Below, piece after piece: positions 53,634 to 62,873 of a stretch of DNA of 64,000 nucleotides. Position 1 is the stretch's first letter. Every line of letters starts with the position of its first letter. The notes under the pieces are model-generated. The model searched no databases, was not told the origin of the DNA, and saw only the letters and a list, made by a program, of their open reading frames with translations. Made by a program: the position numbers and the translations under genes. Source of the DNA: Acidobacteriota bacterium (GTDB lineage Bacteria; Acidobacteriota; Vicinamibacteria; Vicinamibacterales; UBA2999); assembly GCA_963169195.1 (NCBI GenBank), contig CAUJDN010000123.1, positions 1,021-65,020 on the forward strand, read 5' to 3'.

Positions 53634-54605
53634 TCAGAACCGGTCCCCCTGCCAGAACGCCACCTCCTCGGGGGAGAGCGGCGGCAGCGGCAGCCTCCGG
53701 TCCCTCAGCGGGCGGATCATCAGGACCTCGGGCGTGGGGGCCGCGGCCGCCACGCGCGTCTGCGGGGGCACGAGGCCGTGCGGGAGCCAGCCGCGGATCT
53801 CGGGCAGCGCCTCGCCCGGGTGGCGTGACAGCATCACCTGCAGCATCGCGCCGAGGCGCGCGCCGGCGGGATCCCGGTCGCCGGCATCCTCGATGGTCCA
53901 CCGGCCGCGATGTGCCACCGAGAGCACGTACGCGACGGCCTGGTGGCCCTCCTCGGCCACGAGGAACTCCACGTCGCGCAGGCCGGGCGGGCCCAGGCCG
54001 GCCAGCAGGCGCTGGCGGGCCACGACGAACCTGATGAAGTCCTCGCTGCGCGCCACCGACAGCCTCGCGCCCTCGGCGCGGGCGGCGCTCATCTCGGCGA
54101 TCGCGGGCAAGTCCCGGTCGTCGCCGCTCCGCACGAGCATGGCAGGCGGGCCACCGCCCTTCCGGTCCACCTCCAGCCGGCGCTCGGTGAGGGGCACGGG
54201 CACGAAGTCGATCTGCTCGTAGAACGACGGCGCGATCTCGGAGAAGAGGGCGGCGAACTCGTGGCCCTCGGCTTCGGCCGTCTCCATCATCCGTGTCAGC
54301 AGCTCCTTCGCCGCGCCACGCCCGCGGTACGCCGGCGCGGTGAAGACGGCGCCAATGCCCAGCACCCGCCGGATGCGCCCGTCGATGCGAAGCGACAGGT
54401 CGTATCGCTTGGCGCTGGCCACGGTGTGCGGGCCGTCCTGGAGCGCCACGCGGTCGAGGTGCGCGGCGCCCCAGGCCGTCTTCCGCTGCGCCGCCCAGTA
54501 GCGGCCGTAGTTCTCGCGCGTCAGCCCGTCGTGCCACAGCAGAAACGTGTCGTCCAGCACGCGCTCGAGCACAGGCCCGACAGCGGGCACGACGGTCAGC
54601 GCCAT
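53634..54605 (-). CDS. GNAT family N-acetyltransferase (two-domain, Eis-like size)
   Basis: The acetyl-CoA motif IGAVFTAPAYRGRGAAKELLTRMME is present. The protein is 323 aa. Confidence 0.7.
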   Translation of the reverse strand: MALTVVPAVGPVLERVLDDTFLLWHDGLTRENYGRYWAAQRKTAWGAAHLDRVALQDGPHTVASAKRYDLSLRIDGRIRRVLGIGAVFTAPAYRGRGAAKELLTRMMETAEAEGHEFAALFSEIAPSFYEQIDFVPVPLTERRLEVDRKGGGPPAMLVRSGDDRDLPAIAEMSAARAEGARLSVARSEDFIRFVVARQRLLAGLGPPGLRDVEFLVAEEGHQAVAYVLSVAHRGRWTIEDAGDRDPAGARLGAMLQVMLSRHPGEALPEIRGWLPHGLVPPQTRVAAAAPTPEVLMIRPLRDRRLPLPPLSPEEVAFWQGDRF

Positions 54606-54695
54606 CCCGATCCTCGCGCGGCGCTCCCGCGAAGCATGGAGCGGTTAAACCCCGACGGGCGTGGGCTGGTCATATCGATCGGCAGAGGTTACCCC

Positions 54696-56408
54696 ATGTC
54701 GCACCGCCCCGCGAGACCCGTCGCCGCCGCCGTCGTCATCACCCTGGTGCTCCAGGCGCCCGCAACCGGCATGCTGGCCCTGTCCGCACCGTCTGCGCCA
54801 TCTGCGGCCCACATCCTGAACCGTCTGGGCTACGGCCCACGTCCCGGCGACATCGCCCGCATCCAGCGCATCGGCGTCGAGGCCTGGATCGAGCAGCAGC
54901 TCCATCCCGAGCGCATTGATGACCGGATGCTCGAGGCTCGCCTCGCGGCGTTCGAGACGCTCACACTCGACTCTGAGACGATCGTCCGTGAGTACCACGA
55001 GCCTGCGATCCGGGCACGGAGAGCGCGGCAGCTGGCGCAGAGCGGACCGCCGCAGCCGAGTCCGGACGTTCAGGGGCAGCGAGGAGACGGTCGGCCGGCG
55101 GCCTCTCCTTCACCTGCGGCTCCTGTTCCATCTGCGTCACCTGCGTCATCCGCGGCTTCGGTTCCTTCTGCGGCGTCCGCGTCGGACCGCGTCATCCTCG
55201 TCGAGCTCGAGCAGGCGAAGCTGCTGCGCGCCATCTACAGCGAGCGCCAGCTCCAGGAAGTGCTGGTGGACTTCTGGTTCAACCACTTCAACGTCTTCGC
55301 GGGCAAGGGGCCGACGCGCGCCTACATCACGTCGTTCGAGCGCGACGTGATCCGGCCGCACGTCCTCGGCAGCTTCCGCCAGATGCTCGAGGCAGTGGCC
55401 TCGAGCCCGGCGATGCTGTTCTATCTCGACAACTGGATGAACACCAGCCCCGAGGCCGCACGGGCCGACCGCACCCTGCGCCAGGGCCAGCGGCGACCGG
55501 GCCCGACACGCGCGCCGGGCCGGGCCGAGGCTGGCGCTCTGCGCGCGCAGCGTCAGGCCGAGGGTCGATCGCCCACGCGCGGGATCAACGAGAACTACGC
55601 GCGCGAGCTGCTCGAGCTGCACACGCTGGGCGTGGACGGCGGCTACACGCAGGACGACATCGTCAACGTGGCGCGCGCGTTCACCGGCTGGACGTTCCGC
55701 CCGCGGCAGGGCACGGCGTTCCACTTCTCGCCCGCACGGCACGACGATGGGGAGAAGAGGGTGCTGGGCCAGCGGATCGCGGGGGGCGGGGGCATCGAGG
55801 ATGGGCGACGGGTGCTGGACCTGCTCGTGGCGCACCCGTCCACGGCACGATTCATCGCCACCAAGCTGGCACAGCGCTTCGTGGCCGACGAGCCTCCGCA
55901 GGCGCTCGTGGATCGCGCGGCCCGGCGCTTCGCCGAGACGCGGGGCGACCTGGGCGAGGTCACGCGTGCCGTGATCACATCGCCCGAGTTCCTCGCCGCC
56001 GACGCCGGGCGGTCGAAGGTGAAGACCCCGCTGGAGTTCGTCGCCAGCGCCATCCGGGCGACGGGCGCGGAGGTGCGGAGCGCCCTTCCGCTGGCGCGCG
56101 CGCTCCGCGACCTGGGCATGCCGCTCTACTTCTGCCAGCCGCCCACCGGCTACGACGAGGTGGCTGATCCCTGGGTGTCGTCGGGCGCGCTGGTGGCCCG
56201 CATGAACTTCGCGCTCGAACTGGGGGCCAATCGCCTGCGCGGCGTGTCCATCGGCGACGGTGATGTGACGGCGCTTCGCGAGCGCATCGTCCAGGACGTC
56301 CTCGCCGGCCACATCTCGACGACCACGCGGGCCGCCCTCGACAGGGCGGCGACGGCCGATCAGGCCGTGGCGCTTGCGATCGGATCGCCGGAGTTCCAGC
56401 GCCAATGA
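54696..56408 (+). CDS. DUF1800 domain-containing protein
   Basis: ATG 54696. ..HILNRLGYGPRPGD...EQQLHPE...VLVDFWFNHFNVF...MLFYLDN...NENYARELLELHTLGVDGGYTQDDI..ARAFTGW is the family pattern. There is a low-complexity P/S/A insert. Confidence 0.8.
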   Translation: MSHRPARPVAAAVVITLVLQAPATGMLALSAPSAPSAAHILNRLGYGPRPGDIARIQRIGVEAWIEQQLHPERIDDRMLEARLAAFETLTLDSETIVREYHEPAIRARRARQLAQSGPPQPSPDVQGQRGDGRPAASPSPAAPVPSASPASSAASVPSAASASDRVILVELEQAKLLRAIYSERQLQEVLVDFWFNHFNVFAGKGPTRAYITSFERDVIRPHVLGSFRQMLEAVASSPAMLFYLDNWMNTSPEAARADRTLRQGQRRPGPTRAPGRAEAGALRAQRQAEGRSPTRGINENYARELLELHTLGVDGGYTQDDIVNVARAFTGWTFRPRQGTAFHFSPARHDDGEKRVLGQRIAGGGGIEDGRRVLDLLVAHPSTARFIATKLAQRFVADEPPQALVDRAARRFAETRGDLGEVTRAVITSPEFLAADAGRSKVKTPLEFVASAIRATGAEVRSALPLARALRDLGMPLYFCQPPTGYDEVADPWVSSGALVARMNFALELGANRLRGVSIGDGDVTALRERIVQDVLAGHISTTTRAALDRAATADQAVALAIGSPEFQRQ

Positions 56409-56430
56409 CGCCGATGGCGCTGGGGCGATG

Positions 56431-56475
56431 CCCGCAGACGCCGCAGAGGACGCAGATTCCCCAGATCACGCAGAT
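56431..56475. repeat. 9-nt tandem repeat NNNGCAGAK x5
   Basis: cccgcagac gccgcagag gacgcagat tccccagat cacgcagat, lying between the DUF1800 stop and the DUF1501 start. Confidence 0.75.
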
Positions 56476-56502
56476 GAGGGCGGGTACGGAAAGGGGGGAC
56501 GG

Positions 56503-57738
56503 ATGAGGAGTCGGCGCGTGTTCCTGAAGTCGGGCGCGATGGCGCTCGTCACCCTCGGCTTCGCGCCGTCGTTCCTGGCCAGGACCGTGGAGGCGGCCGG
56601 GACGCGGAAGAAGCTGCTGATCGCGATCTTCCAGCGCGGCGCGGTGGACGGCCTGAACATGGTCGTGCCGTTCGGCGAGGATGAGTACCATCGCGCGAGG
56701 CCCACGATCGCGATTGCCCGGCCCGGCCGGACGGACGGCGCGGTGGACCTGGACGGCTTCTTCGGCCTGCACCCGCGCATGGCCGTGCTGAAGCCGCTCT
56801 GGGACCAGGGGCACCTGGCCGTCGTCCACGCGTCGGGATCGCACGACGCCACGCGGTCGCACTTCGACGCGCAGGACTACATGGAGTCCGCCACGCCCGG
56901 CGTGAAGAGCACACGCGACGGGTGGCTGAACCGGTACCTCCAGGCGGTGGACGAGGCGCGCAACCCGCTCAGGGGCGTCGCCCTCACCCGCCAGATGCCG
57001 CGCGCGCTGCAGGGCCCGGCATCGGCGCTGGCGATGGGCAGCGTGAGCAGCTTCGCCGTCAGGGGCGACATGGCCGCGAAGGCCACCTTCGAGGCGGCCT
57101 ATGCCGGCGCGGCGGACCGGGTCCTGAACGGAACGGCCGCCGAGGCCTTCGACGCGATGCGCACGCTCGCGCGCGAGGCCGGAACACGCTCACGCCCGCT
57201 GGGCCTCACGAGCTACCCGCGTTCGCCGTTCGGGCAGGCGCTCCAGGAGATCGCCTCGCTGGCGAAGGCCGATGTCGGGCTCGAAGTCGCATTCGCCGAG
57301 AGTACCGGCTGGGACCACCACGCCAACGAGGGCGGCGCAACGGGCCAGATGGCAAACCGCCTCGACGACTTCTCGCATGGAATCGCCGCGCTGGCGCAGG
57401 ACCTTGGGGACCGCCTGGCCGACACCGTGATCCTGACGATGTCGGAGTTCGGCCGGGCGGTCGCGGAGAACGGCAGCCGGGGCACGGATCACGGGCACGG
57501 CAACGCCATGATGATCATCGGCGGCGCCGTGAAGGGCCGGCGCGTCCTCGGGGAGTGGCCTGGACTCGCGCGCGAGCGGCGCTTCGAGGCGCGCGACCTC
57601 GCGGTGACCACGGACTTCCGTGACGTCTTCGCCGAGGTCGTGACGGCGCACCTGGGCGCGAGCCCGGCCGCCGCCGCGCGGGTCTTCCCGGGCTACCGCG
57701 TGGATCCGGCCCGGTTCCGCGGCCTGTTTCGCGCCTGA
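56503..57738 (+). CDS. DUF1501 domain-containing protein (Tat signal, sulfatase-like fold)
   Basis: MRSRRVFLKSGAMALVTLGFAPSFLARTVEAAG is a twin-arginine signal. The body ..LLIAIFQRGAVDGLNMVVP...GWDHHAN...LTMSEFGR...GTDHGHGN fits the family. The pairing with DUF1800 is canonical. Confidence 0.82.
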   Translation: MRSRRVFLKSGAMALVTLGFAPSFLARTVEAAGTRKKLLIAIFQRGAVDGLNMVVPFGEDEYHRARPTIAIARPGRTDGAVDLDGFFGLHPRMAVLKPLWDQGHLAVVHASGSHDATRSHFDAQDYMESATPGVKSTRDGWLNRYLQAVDEARNPLRGVALTRQMPRALQGPASALAMGSVSSFAVRGDMAAKATFEAAYAGAADRVLNGTAAEAFDAMRTLAREAGTRSRPLGLTSYPRSPFGQALQEIASLAKADVGLEVAFAESTGWDHHANEGGATGQMANRLDDFSHGIAALAQDLGDRLADTVILTMSEFGRAVAENGSRGTDHGHGNAMMIIGGAVKGRRVLGEWPGLARERRFEARDLAVTTDFRDVFAEVVTAHLGASPAAAARVFPGYRVDPARFRGLFRA

Positions 57739-57754
57739 CAGGTCGTCCCGCGCC

Positions 57755-58009
57755 ATGGGCGCGCTGGGGACTGGCACGGATGCCTGGAATTCGATGCAGA
57801 TTCTGCCGACGCTCGTCCTCGAGCGGTTGTCGGAAGAGCACGCCACCGTCCGTATCGCGGATGGTGCGACAACGCTCGAGCCCGGAGACCTGGTGCGCAT
57901 CCTGCCCCACCACGCGTGCGTGGTGTCGAACCTGGTGGACCAGGCGTGGCTGCTCGACGGCAGCCAGGTGACGCCCCTCCCGATTGCCGCGAGGGGCAGG
58001 GTCGCCTGA
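57755..58009 (+). pseudogene. orphan C-terminal fragment of a D-serine dehydratase-like / D-threonine aldolase (DSD1 family) gene
   Basis: The 84-aa ORF reads ..LEPGDLVRILPHHACVVSNLVDQAWLLDG.QVTPLPIAARG, which matches only the C-terminal beta-domain of that family. No N-terminal alanine-racemase-like barrel lies upstream. Confidence 0.45.
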
Positions 58010-58103
58010 CGGCGCCTCGAGCCTTTGGATACCCGATCGACTGCGACAGCGGCGACGGCAGCGTGTCGGGACCCCACTCTTCTCCCCGGCACCCGTCCGG
58101 CGG

Positions 58104-58109
58104 TAGAAT
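58104..58109 (+). promoter_or_regulatory. TAGAAT -10-like box upstream of the 58156 gene
   Basis: The sequence reads ccggcggTAGAATccgggcg, 47 nt before the ATG. The AGGAGGA Shine-Dalgarno is at 58144-58150. Confidence 0.35.
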
Positions 58110-58155
58110 CCGGGCGTCACGTCGTCCCGGCCCCTGGGACACCAGGAGGAAGACC

Positions 58156-59016
58156 ATGGCTGTCGCCAGGCGGTCGTCCCGCATCGTCGCGTGCGTCGTG
58201 ATGGTCGCGGTCACGGCAGTCCAGCCGGCGGCCTCCCCGAGCGCCGCCCGGCAGGCGCCACCGGATCCGCCGGCCGCCAGGCTTGCGACCGATGCCGAGC
58301 GCGAGGCGTTCCTCTCCTCGGCGCGCGTCCTTCGTGCCAGGCCGGCGGCGAAGGGCGTCACCAACACCGTCCGCGTGACGCTGAGCGACGGCACCGTCAC
58401 CCACGACGCCAGCGTCCAGACCATCGACGAGAGCAAGGCGGTCTTCGAAGGGACGCGTGGCACCGAGCTGGGCTTCAAGGACAGCTGGCGGTTCAACGTG
58501 GCGGCGTATCGTCTCGACCGGCTGCTGGGCCTGGGTATGATCCCGACGACCGTGGAGCGCCGATACAATGGCCGGGTCGGGTCCTTCACCTGGTGGGTGG
58601 ATGACGTCCTGATGGACGAGCAGCAGCGCTACCGCGGAAAGCACCGCGCGCCGGACACCGAGGACTGGAACCAGCAGATGTGGACGACGAGGCTGTTCGA
58701 CCAGTTGATTGCCAATGCCGATCGCAATCTCGGGAACCTGCTCATCGACACGGGCTGGAACATCTGGATGATCGACCACTCGCGGGCGTTCCGGATGAAC
58801 ACGGCGCCGCGCTCGCCCGGCAACCTCGCCAAGGTGGAGCGCACGCTGCTCGAGCGCCTCCGACGGCTGGACCGCGAGGCGCTTCGCCAGGCCGCGGGCG
58901 CCCACCTGGCCGACGGCGAGATCGACGCGCTGCTGGCGCGGCGGGACGCCATCGTGTCGCACTTCACGAAGGGTGGTCCGGCCCTCGTGTTCGAGCGGCC
59001 CTCGCGCTGCTGTTGA
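58156..59016 (+). CDS. exported hypothetical protein with PI3/PI4-kinase (type II PI4K-like) catalytic-loop motifs, paralogue 1 (286 aa, C-terminal CC)
   Basis: An AGGAGGA Shine-Dalgarno precedes the start. The signal-like N-terminus is MAVARRSSRIVACVVMVAVTAVQPAASPSAA. The motif is LFDQLIANADRNLGNLLIDTGWNIWMIDHSRAF. The protein ends ..FERPSRCC. Confidence 0.6.
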   Translation: MAVARRSSRIVACVVMVAVTAVQPAASPSAARQAPPDPPAARLATDAEREAFLSSARVLRARPAAKGVTNTVRVTLSDGTVTHDASVQTIDESKAVFEGTRGTELGFKDSWRFNVAAYRLDRLLGLGMIPTTVERRYNGRVGSFTWWVDDVLMDEQQRYRGKHRAPDTEDWNQQMWTTRLFDQLIANADRNLGNLLIDTGWNIWMIDHSRAFRMNTAPRSPGNLAKVERTLLERLRRLDREALRQAAGAHLADGEIDALLARRDAIVSHFTKGGPALVFERPSRCC

Positions 59017-59068
59017 GGACGGCGCGATGAGAGCATCCCGGACCCGCGCGCGCAATCTGGAGGCCCCC

Positions 59069-59929
59069 ATGCCCGTCACCCGCCGCGCCGTGCATGCCAC
59101 GGCGCTCTGCGCCATGCTGCTGGCCGCTTCGACGTCCACGCCTCCGGCCGCGGGGGCGGCCCGGGCCGCGTCGCAGGACGCGCCCGACCGGCGGCTGTCC
59201 ACGCGGGCCGAACAGGAAGCCTTCCTCGGCGGCGCCCGTATCGTCAGCCAGGAGTCGGCGCCGAAGGGCGTCACCGGGACGATGCGCGTGACGCTCAGCG
59301 ACGGCGTCGTCACGCACGACGCGAGCGTGCAGACCATCGACGAGAGCCGCATGAAGTACGAGACGCCCAAGGGCGTCGAGATGAACTTCAAGGACAGCTG
59401 GCGGTTCAACGTCGCCGCCTACCACGTGGACCGGCTGCTGGAGCTCGGCATGATCCCCGCCACCGTCGAGCGCGTGTTCAGGGGCAAGCCCGCCTCCTTC
59501 ACCTGGTGGGTGGACGACGTCCTGATGGACGAGGAGGACCGCCAGCGGCAGAAGGTCGCGGCGCCGAGCCAGGCGGACTGGGACCAGCAGCTGTCCACCG
59601 TGCGGCTGTTCGATCAGCTCATCGCGAACGTCGATCGCAACAAGGGGAACCTGCTGATCGACAAGACCTGGAACATGTGGATGATCGACCACTCGCGCGC
59701 CTTCCGGGTGAACGGCCGGCCCCGATCCCCGGACCAGCTGACCAAGGCGGACCGTGCGCTGCTGGCGCGCCTGCGTCAGCTGGATCGCGACGGCGTGCGC
59801 AGCGCGGTGGGACGGCACCTGAACGGCGAGGAGATCTCCGCCCTGCTGAAGCGCCGTGACTACATCGTGGCCCACTTCGACAAGGGCGGCGCGACGCTGC
59901 TCTTCGAGCGCCCGCCGCGCTGCTGCTGA
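59069..59929 (+). CDS. exported hypothetical protein with PI4K-type-II-like motifs, paralogue 2 (286 aa, C-terminal CC)
   Basis: A GGAGG Shine-Dalgarno precedes the start. It begins MPVTRRAVHATALCAMLLAASTSTPPAAGA. The motif is LFDQLIANVDRNKGNLLIDKTWNMWMIDHSRAF. The protein ends ..FERPPRCC. Confidence 0.6.
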   Translation: MPVTRRAVHATALCAMLLAASTSTPPAAGAARAASQDAPDRRLSTRAEQEAFLGGARIVSQESAPKGVTGTMRVTLSDGVVTHDASVQTIDESRMKYETPKGVEMNFKDSWRFNVAAYHVDRLLELGMIPATVERVFRGKPASFTWWVDDVLMDEEDRQRQKVAAPSQADWDQQLSTVRLFDQLIANVDRNKGNLLIDKTWNMWMIDHSRAFRVNGRPRSPDQLTKADRALLARLRQLDRDGVRSAVGRHLNGEEISALLKRRDYIVAHFDKGGATLLFERPPRCC

Positions 59930-59953
59930 CACCGCACCCACGGGCGGCGCGGA

Positions 59954-61285
59954 TCACGCCGTCCCGACGGGCTCTTCCCTCTCCCGGAACGTGATGCCCA
60001 GGCGCGCGAGCTCCGCCAGCGACGGCTCGTAGACTTCCGGGTCCACCGGCGCGTGCACGCCCTTCAGGGCCAGGCGGCCGTCCAGCAGCAGCCTTGCGGC
60101 GATGGCTGGCGGCAGTCCGGTGGTGCGCGCAATCGAGGTCTCGCCGCCTTCCACGCCGTAGTCGATCATCGTGGACGTGTGGCGAACACGGCGCCCTTCC
60201 GCGGGGAAGACCGCCTCGTAGCGGTGTTCCATGACGACCATGTCCCGCTCGCCGGGAGCGTAGACGAGCTTCCGCAGGTACAGCCCGGCCACGACGTCCC
60301 GCGGGCTGCCCTGCTCCTGCGGAATCGGCTCGTCCGAGAGGAGGCCGAGCCACTGGAGCTTGTGGAACACGGCGCTCCAGGGCTCGAGATTCAGCGCGCG
60401 CCGCAACGCCTCCGCCGCCGTCTCGCCCCCGCGGGCGCCGGCCAGCCGGGCGGTGAACGCCCGGTACGACAGTCCCCGGAGATCGCGCACGTCCTCCTCG
60501 AAGAGGCCGAGGTCCAGCATCTTCCGCACGGTCTCGCTCCACCCGATGTAGCGGATGGTGCCGCGGTAGACGTGCGTCACCTCGGGCATGCCGTAGAGAT
60601 CCACGTAGGGCAGCGAGTCGGCGTTGGCGTACTGCTCGAACCAGCCGAGCCCCGCGATCTCCAGCAGGCCGCCGTGGCGGAACGTGTCGCCGGGCGGGTA
60701 GATGACGACCTGGCGGTCCCGCAGGATGCGCGCTTCGCGCGTGCTCGCGCCGATGAGCCCCGCCGGCGACCACGAGAGCTTGTAGCCGAACGGGTTCGTG
60801 TTGGCCTCGGCCGAGGGAATGGCGCCGCAGCAGGACCAGAACGAGTCCACCTGCCCTCCGCGCGCGTGGATCTGCCGGATGGTGCGGGCGGCGGACATAT
60901 GGTCGATACCCGGGTCGAGCCCGACCTCGCAGAGCAGCAGGATGCCGGCCTCGCGCGCGGGACCATCGAGCGCGCGCACGTCGTCCTTGATGTACGACGC
61001 GTTGATCATGTCGATGCGGGCGCGCACCGAGGCCTCGGCCACCGGGGCCATGAAGGGCGCGGGCAGCAGGTTGATGACCAGGTCCGGCGAGGTCGACGCG
61101 AGCACGCGGGGGACCTCCGCGACGCTCTCCCGAAGGGCCCGGGCCCGGGGGGATCCGCCGGTGACGGCGGCGAGATTGCGCTCGTCCTGGTCCACCACCG
61201 TCAGGTCGTGGGGCGTGTGTTCCAGCAGGTAGCGGACGCAGGGACCGGCCACGCGGCCGGCGCCAAGGATGAGGATGTGCTTCAC
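59954..61285 (-). CDS. saccharopine dehydrogenase (LYS9-like, NADP+, L-glutamate-forming) family protein
   Basis: MKHILILGAGRVAGPCVRYLL is a Rossmann motif. ..CEVGLDPGIDHMSA...NPFGYKLSWSPAGL are family hallmarks. The protein is 443 aa. Confidence 0.85.
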   Translation of the reverse strand: MKHILILGAGRVAGPCVRYLLEHTPHDLTVVDQDERNLAAVTGGSPRARALRESVAEVPRVLASTSPDLVINLLPAPFMAPVAEASVRARIDMINASYIKDDVRALDGPAREAGILLLCEVGLDPGIDHMSAARTIRQIHARGGQVDSFWSCCGAIPSAEANTNPFGYKLSWSPAGLIGASTREARILRDRQVVIYPPGDTFRHGGLLEIAGLGWFEQYANADSLPYVDLYGMPEVTHVYRGTIRYIGWSETVRKMLDLGLFEEDVRDLRGLSYRAFTARLAGARGGETAAEALRRALNLEPWSAVFHKLQWLGLLSDEPIPQEQGSPRDVVAGLYLRKLVYAPGERDMVVMEHRYEAVFPAEGRRVRHTSTMIDYGVEGGETSIARTTGLPPAIAARLLLDGRLALKGVHAPVDPEVYEPSLAELARLGITFREREEPVGTA

Positions 61286-61286
61286 G

Positions 61287-62780
61287 TCAGGTGCCTTCCG
61301 CGCGGAAATCCGAGACCCGGGCGCCCCAGGCGCGGCCGGCCCCCACGACGAACACGCCGACGAGGGCCAGGGCCACCAGCAGCAGCCACGGCGAGTCGAA
61401 CCTGCCTACCGCGGCGTAGGTGATGGCACTGGCCGACGCGACCAGCAGCGCGTACGGGAGCTGGGTCTTCACGTGGTCGATGTGATCGCAGGCCGCGCCC
61501 ATGGACGACAGGATCGTCGTGTCCGAGATGGGCGAGCAATGATCCCCGAAGAGCCCGCCCGACAGCACGGCGCCAATCGTGGCGTGCACCGGCGCGCCGA
61601 GCGCCACCGCCATGGGGATGGCCAGCGGCATGAGGATGGCGAAGGTCCCCCACGACGATCCGGTGGCGAAGCTGATGCCCGCGCCCGTCACGAAGACGAG
61701 CAGCGGGACCATCCAGGCCGGCAGCGTGCCCCGGGTGAGGCCCACGATGTAGTCCGCCGTGCCGAGGGCCTTGCACACCGAGCCCAGCGACCAGGCCAGC
61801 ACGAGGATCATCAGGATGAACACGACCTCGCGCGCCCCGTCCATGTAGAGCGAGAAGGCCTGCGACGGGGTCTTCACCCGGTGGCGCACCATCAGGACGA
61901 GGCACGACATGCCGCCCAGGAAGTAGCCCGTGCACAGGGCGGTGCGCAGCACGGCGCCGGGGACCTGCCTGAACGGGAAGCCCTGGGGAATCAGCAGGCC
62001 GAAGATGCAGGCGAACAGCACCGCGACCGGGACGACCATCATGGACGCGCGGGGCCTGACGCCGGCCTCGGCCTTGATGGACACGGCCGGGCGCGCGGGC
62101 GTGGCGCCGGGCCACAGGGGCTGGCCGGTCTCCACCGTGCGCTTCTCGGCCTGGTACATCGCGCTGAACTCGAAGCCCAGGTACGCCACGAGGGGAATCA
62201 TGAAGAGCGTGCCGATGGCGTAGAACTGGAACGGGAGGGCCGTCAGGAACGCGTCGAACTCCGACTCCGCGATGCCGAGCGTCGTGAACTCCTGCTTGAT
62301 GAGCCCCATGATGTAGATGCCCCACCCGATGAACGGGATGAGGATGCACACGGGCGAGGCCGTGCAGTCGAGCAGCCACGCGAGCTTCTCCCGGCTGACG
62401 CGCAGCTTGTCGGTGATGGGCTGGAAGGTGGGGCCGAGAATGAGCGGGCTGCCGGAGTCCGTGAAGAAGACGACGATGCCGGCGAACCACACCGCGAACT
62501 GCGCCCGGGCCCGCGTGTTGAACCAGTGCGACGCGCGCTCCGCGAAGGCCGCGGCGCCTCCCGAGTGCGTGACGACGCCGACGAACCCGCCGATGAAGAT
62601 CATCATCACCAGCAGGCTCGAGTTGTAGCTGTCGGCCGCCTGCACGAAGACGTGGTCCTGGATGAGGCTCGTCAGCCCTGTGAGCGGGTTGCCCCCCTGC
62701 AGGATGACCACCCCCAGGTAGGCGCCGAGGAACAGCGAGACGAGGACGTTCCTCGAGACGATCGCGAGCACCACGGCCAC
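61287..62780 (-). CDS. NhaC-family membrane transporter
   Basis: Polytopic, with ..FIGGFVGVVTHSGGAAAF...FTDSGSPLILGPTFQPITDKLRVSREKLAWLLDCTASPVCILIP.. The stop lies 1 nt from the saccharopine dehydrogenase start. Conserved-looking N-terminal residues (GLLAILPPL) lie upstream of the first canonical start, so the true start is uncertain. Confidence 0.8.
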   Translation of the reverse strand: MAVVLAIVSRNVLVSLFLGAYLGVVILQGGNPLTGLTSLIQDHVFVQAADSYNSSLLVMMIFIGGFVGVVTHSGGAAAFAERASHWFNTRARAQFAVWFAGIVVFFTDSGSPLILGPTFQPITDKLRVSREKLAWLLDCTASPVCILIPFIGWGIYIMGLIKQEFTTLGIAESEFDAFLTALPFQFYAIGTLFMIPLVAYLGFEFSAMYQAEKRTVETGQPLWPGATPARPAVSIKAEAGVRPRASMMVVPVAVLFACIFGLLIPQGFPFRQVPGAVLRTALCTGYFLGGMSCLVLMVRHRVKTPSQAFSLYMDGAREVVFILMILVLAWSLGSVCKALGTADYIVGLTRGTLPAWMVPLLVFVTGAGISFATGSSWGTFAILMPLAIPMAVALGAPVHATIGAVLSGGLFGDHCSPISDTTILSSMGAACDHIDHVKTQLPYALLVASASAITYAAVGRFDSPWLLLVALALVGVFVVGAGRAWGARVSDFRAEGT

Positions 62781-62873
62781 CAGCGGCGGCAGGATCGCGA
62801 GCAGTCCGTGATTCAGATCCGGGCCTCCATGGAGGGCCCTACGTTATCACCGACGGTGACCCTGCACGCACGG

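Noticed and set aside
56374-56502. An N-terminal extension of the DUF1501 ORF that would translate the 9-nt repeat as (x-A-D)n.
   Set aside because: The twin-arginine signal must be N-terminal, and ATG 56503 has a purine-rich (GGGGGGA) stretch a few nt upstream. The extension is therefore treated as untranslated.
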